The notes under the pieces were generated by a model, which worked only from the letters and a program-made list of their open reading frames with translations, had not been told where the DNA came from and made no database searches. A stretch of 63,527 nt of DNA, counting the filler, from Octopus bimaculoides (taxonomy: Eukaryota): the NCBI RefSeq assembly GCF_001194135.2. It is 6 parts of 5 records of this genome, joined end to end, with 100 filler letters (N's around TTAATTAATTAA, not from the genome) between each part and the next. Parts side by side here need not be neighbours in the genome. Positions count along the whole stretch, not along the records: positions 58,819 to 63,527 come from NC_069004.1; 5 more parts are not named here. One strand, 5' to 3'. Position 1 is the first letter of the stretch; each line of letters begins with the position of its first letter. A program made the translations under genes and the position numbers. Shown piece by piece: positions 61,348 to 63,527 of the stretch.

Positions 61348-61689
61348 TTAATCGAGGACGCTAAGTCTCACGCCACTCACGATCTTCAGGTAAAAGAGAA
61401 ACAAGTTATAGAACAACAACATGTAGCAGAAGAAAAACGCTTAAGAAAACTGATGGAGGACGATTGCGAAGTAAACTTAAAGTACCAAGACAACGTTGTA
61501 AAACAGCGCAAGAAACTAAGACAGCTTATTGCTGAAGATATCAGAAAGCAGATCACCGAACGAGAATGGGAGAAGTTGATGAAACTAGAGGCCAAAGAAC
61601 AAGAGAACGCCAAAATGCTACGTTACTTCGAAGACATGATAGCTGAGGATGTGCGAATTGAAGAGGAAAAAAAGCGGAGGCAAAAAGCT
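61348..61689 (+). CDS. CFAP45: CFAP45-like, internal exon C (coiled-coil, trichoplein-type region)
   Basis: TTGCAG acceptor and GTATTT donor, 342 nt, phase 0-0. LIEDAKSHATHDLQVKEKQ..EEKRLRKLME corresponds to IILNAKCHAIRDAQILEKQ..EEKRLDQMME. Confidence 0.85.
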
Positions 61690-62099
61690 GTATTTGTACG
61701 TTTGCTTTCTCCATTGTTTGTCTTATATTTTTTTCTCTGGTCTTCATTTATAAGTTTAGGCTTGCAACGGAGCCTAGGGCATATAACTTTGATAGGTTTC
61801 GGCCAGTATAGACCCAGGTCATGTCTAATTTAATAGCACCCCCTATAAAGCCGGAACTTAATTTAGTTTCCATGGTGAACGAGTGACTGTTATCGAAAGA
61901 CTCATCCCTACACGGGGCGCCCATCCGCCGTAGGGTGAACTTCCCAGCTATTGCTGGGATATCACTTGCAGCCGAATGGAATAAAGCAATATGAAATGAA
62001 AAGTTTTGCTCAAAAATACAATGCACCATTCGTCCCGGGAAGCGAAACCATGATCTTATGGTCACGAGTGCATCTATTGTTACATGTGGGTGGGACACA

Positions 62100-62370
62100 A
62101 CGATTCTAGCAGGTCTTCTGTAGAACTTCATATTGCCAGGCATCTCGGTCAGTTATCATTTCCTTTGTAAACCCTAACATCCTAAAATCGGTCCTCACCA
62201 CTCCATCTGATGTCTTTCTGGTTCTCCCTCTTCCGCTGTTACCAGCCACTTTCATAGACATGCACTTCTGTATGCAGCTGTCTCTACTCACATGCATCAC
62301 ATGTCTCCTCTCCTGCATGCCACATCTAATTCCTCTTATGCCCACCTCTTCTCTCAACACAGAAAACAGC
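62100..62370 (-). mobile_element. RTE-clade LINE fragment (same family as 37900-39090)
   Basis: GIRGIRCGMQERR..GRGRTRKTSDGVVRTDF..DRDAW. Confidence 0.75.
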
Positions 62371-62644
62371 GTCGCCTGAGTATTCGCCGTCTCATTCCAT
62401 TCCTCTTTCCTACTCTCTCACAACGTCTCTCCTACCTCTTTCTCTTACGCATGATGTTACCCGAGTTCATGCGTTCCTTATCAGTTGCAGCCAATTTTTT
62501 CTGAGATGATTTAAAACTCTACTGTCTCTCATTAATTTATCTCTCGTCAACTTTTCCCTGCGAAGCGTCTCTGTCCAAAACATCGGATATTCCACTCCCT
62601 GCGACAATTTCCCCAGTTCCCTTTTTATTCATATCTTTTATCTT

Positions 62645-62895
62645 TTACTTGTTCCAGTCACTCGACTGTGACCATGCTGGGGCGCCAGCCACCTTGAAGG
62701 GTTTAAGTCGAAGATATCGACCCTAGGACTTATTCTTTGTAAGCCTACTACTTATTTTAACGGTCTCTCTTTTGCCGAGCCGCTAAGTTACGGGGACATA
62801 AACACACAAGCACCGGTTGTCAAGCGATGGAGGGGGACAAACACAGAAACAGTGGTTAGGAAGCAAGCTACTTACCACACAGTCACTCCTGCATC
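62645..62895 (-). mobile_element. SINE A/B with internal deletion
   Basis: Tail (62645-62845) is joined directly to the first about 45 nt of the head. Confidence 0.75.
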
Positions 62896-63310
62896 TATGC
62901 ATGTATTTTATGTTTTAGCGCTAGATATGTGTGTATACATGTATGTGTGTGTGTGTGTGTGTATTTGAGTGCGTACGTGAGCGCGCGCGCCTGTATATAA
63001 CTATGAATAAATTTTATGCGATTTGCTGTGCAAAATCGCGACGTTTCCAGATGCGAAATGGAAATGTTCAAATTTCATTATTATGACATAATTACTTGTG
63101 ACGTAATGTCTAATCGAATAGACTCGAAATAGACTTTATTGGTCTACGACGGCAAGATTTTTTAAAGTCTTTACTAAAATCGATACAAAAAAGAAACAAA
63201 AACAGTGCAGTGAACTTCCAATCCCCATTGTAAGTTCACTCTTTTTATTGATTTTACTAAATATGACTTAATGTATACATATTCACACACACACAAACGT
63301 GCGCGCGCGA

Positions 63311-63344
<34 letters not shown>

Positions 63345-63491
63345 GTGCTAATAGATGCGCATATATATATATTGTTTACCATTTTTGTCCTTGTTCTTTT
63401 GCCACGTCATGTACCCAGTTATGTATCTATATGTACATGTGGATGAACGTATATACATACATGTACATATATATGCATATACTCATATATT

Positions 63492-63527
<36 letters not shown>

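Noticed and set aside
37-63527. Long ORFs in the track (poly-CV, HT, YI, I/L/Y runs and X-rich 200-400 aa ORFs)
   Set aside because: Translations of (TG)n, (CA)n, (TA)n, (ATT)n or N-runs, often opened with non-ATG starts; no coding evidence.

Overview
Eukaryotic, AT-rich, repeat-saturated genomic DNA from a gapped draft assembly. The SINE, microsatellite and gap-linker landscape looks like an octopus genome (inference, not verified). Nearly all ORFs in the supplied track are microsatellite, N-run or transposon artefacts. The only well-supported host gene is a divergent CFAP45/CCDC19-family ciliary coiled-coil gene on the + strand, with three phase-consistent GT-AG exons (59774-59915, 60313-60468, 61348-61689). 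The rest is a nested fossil record of mobile elements: several tRNA-derived SINE families (labelled A/B, C, D, E, G here, my own labels), RTE-clade LINE ends, a CR1-like LINE end, two restriction-like-endonuclease (R4/Dong-group) retrotransposons sitting in microsatellites, mariner elements and MITEs, pogo-type MITEs, a hAT (Charlie/Buster-type) transposase broken into about eight pieces over 5 kb, and two LTR-like promoter blocks. The most interesting signal is a set of type-I hammerhead-ribozyme-like motifs belonging to six unrelated small elements (5.6, 6.6, 16.7, 27.6, 41.6 and 53.8/54.1 kb). Two of these elements (27551-27702 and 53751-54205) share one architecture: an inverted repeat whose arms each carry a hammerhead pointing outward, one per strand. 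Every copy has at least one core or stem lesion, so activity is predicted for the family consensus rather than shown for these copies. All alignments and folds were done by eye; coordinates of decayed repeats are approximate.
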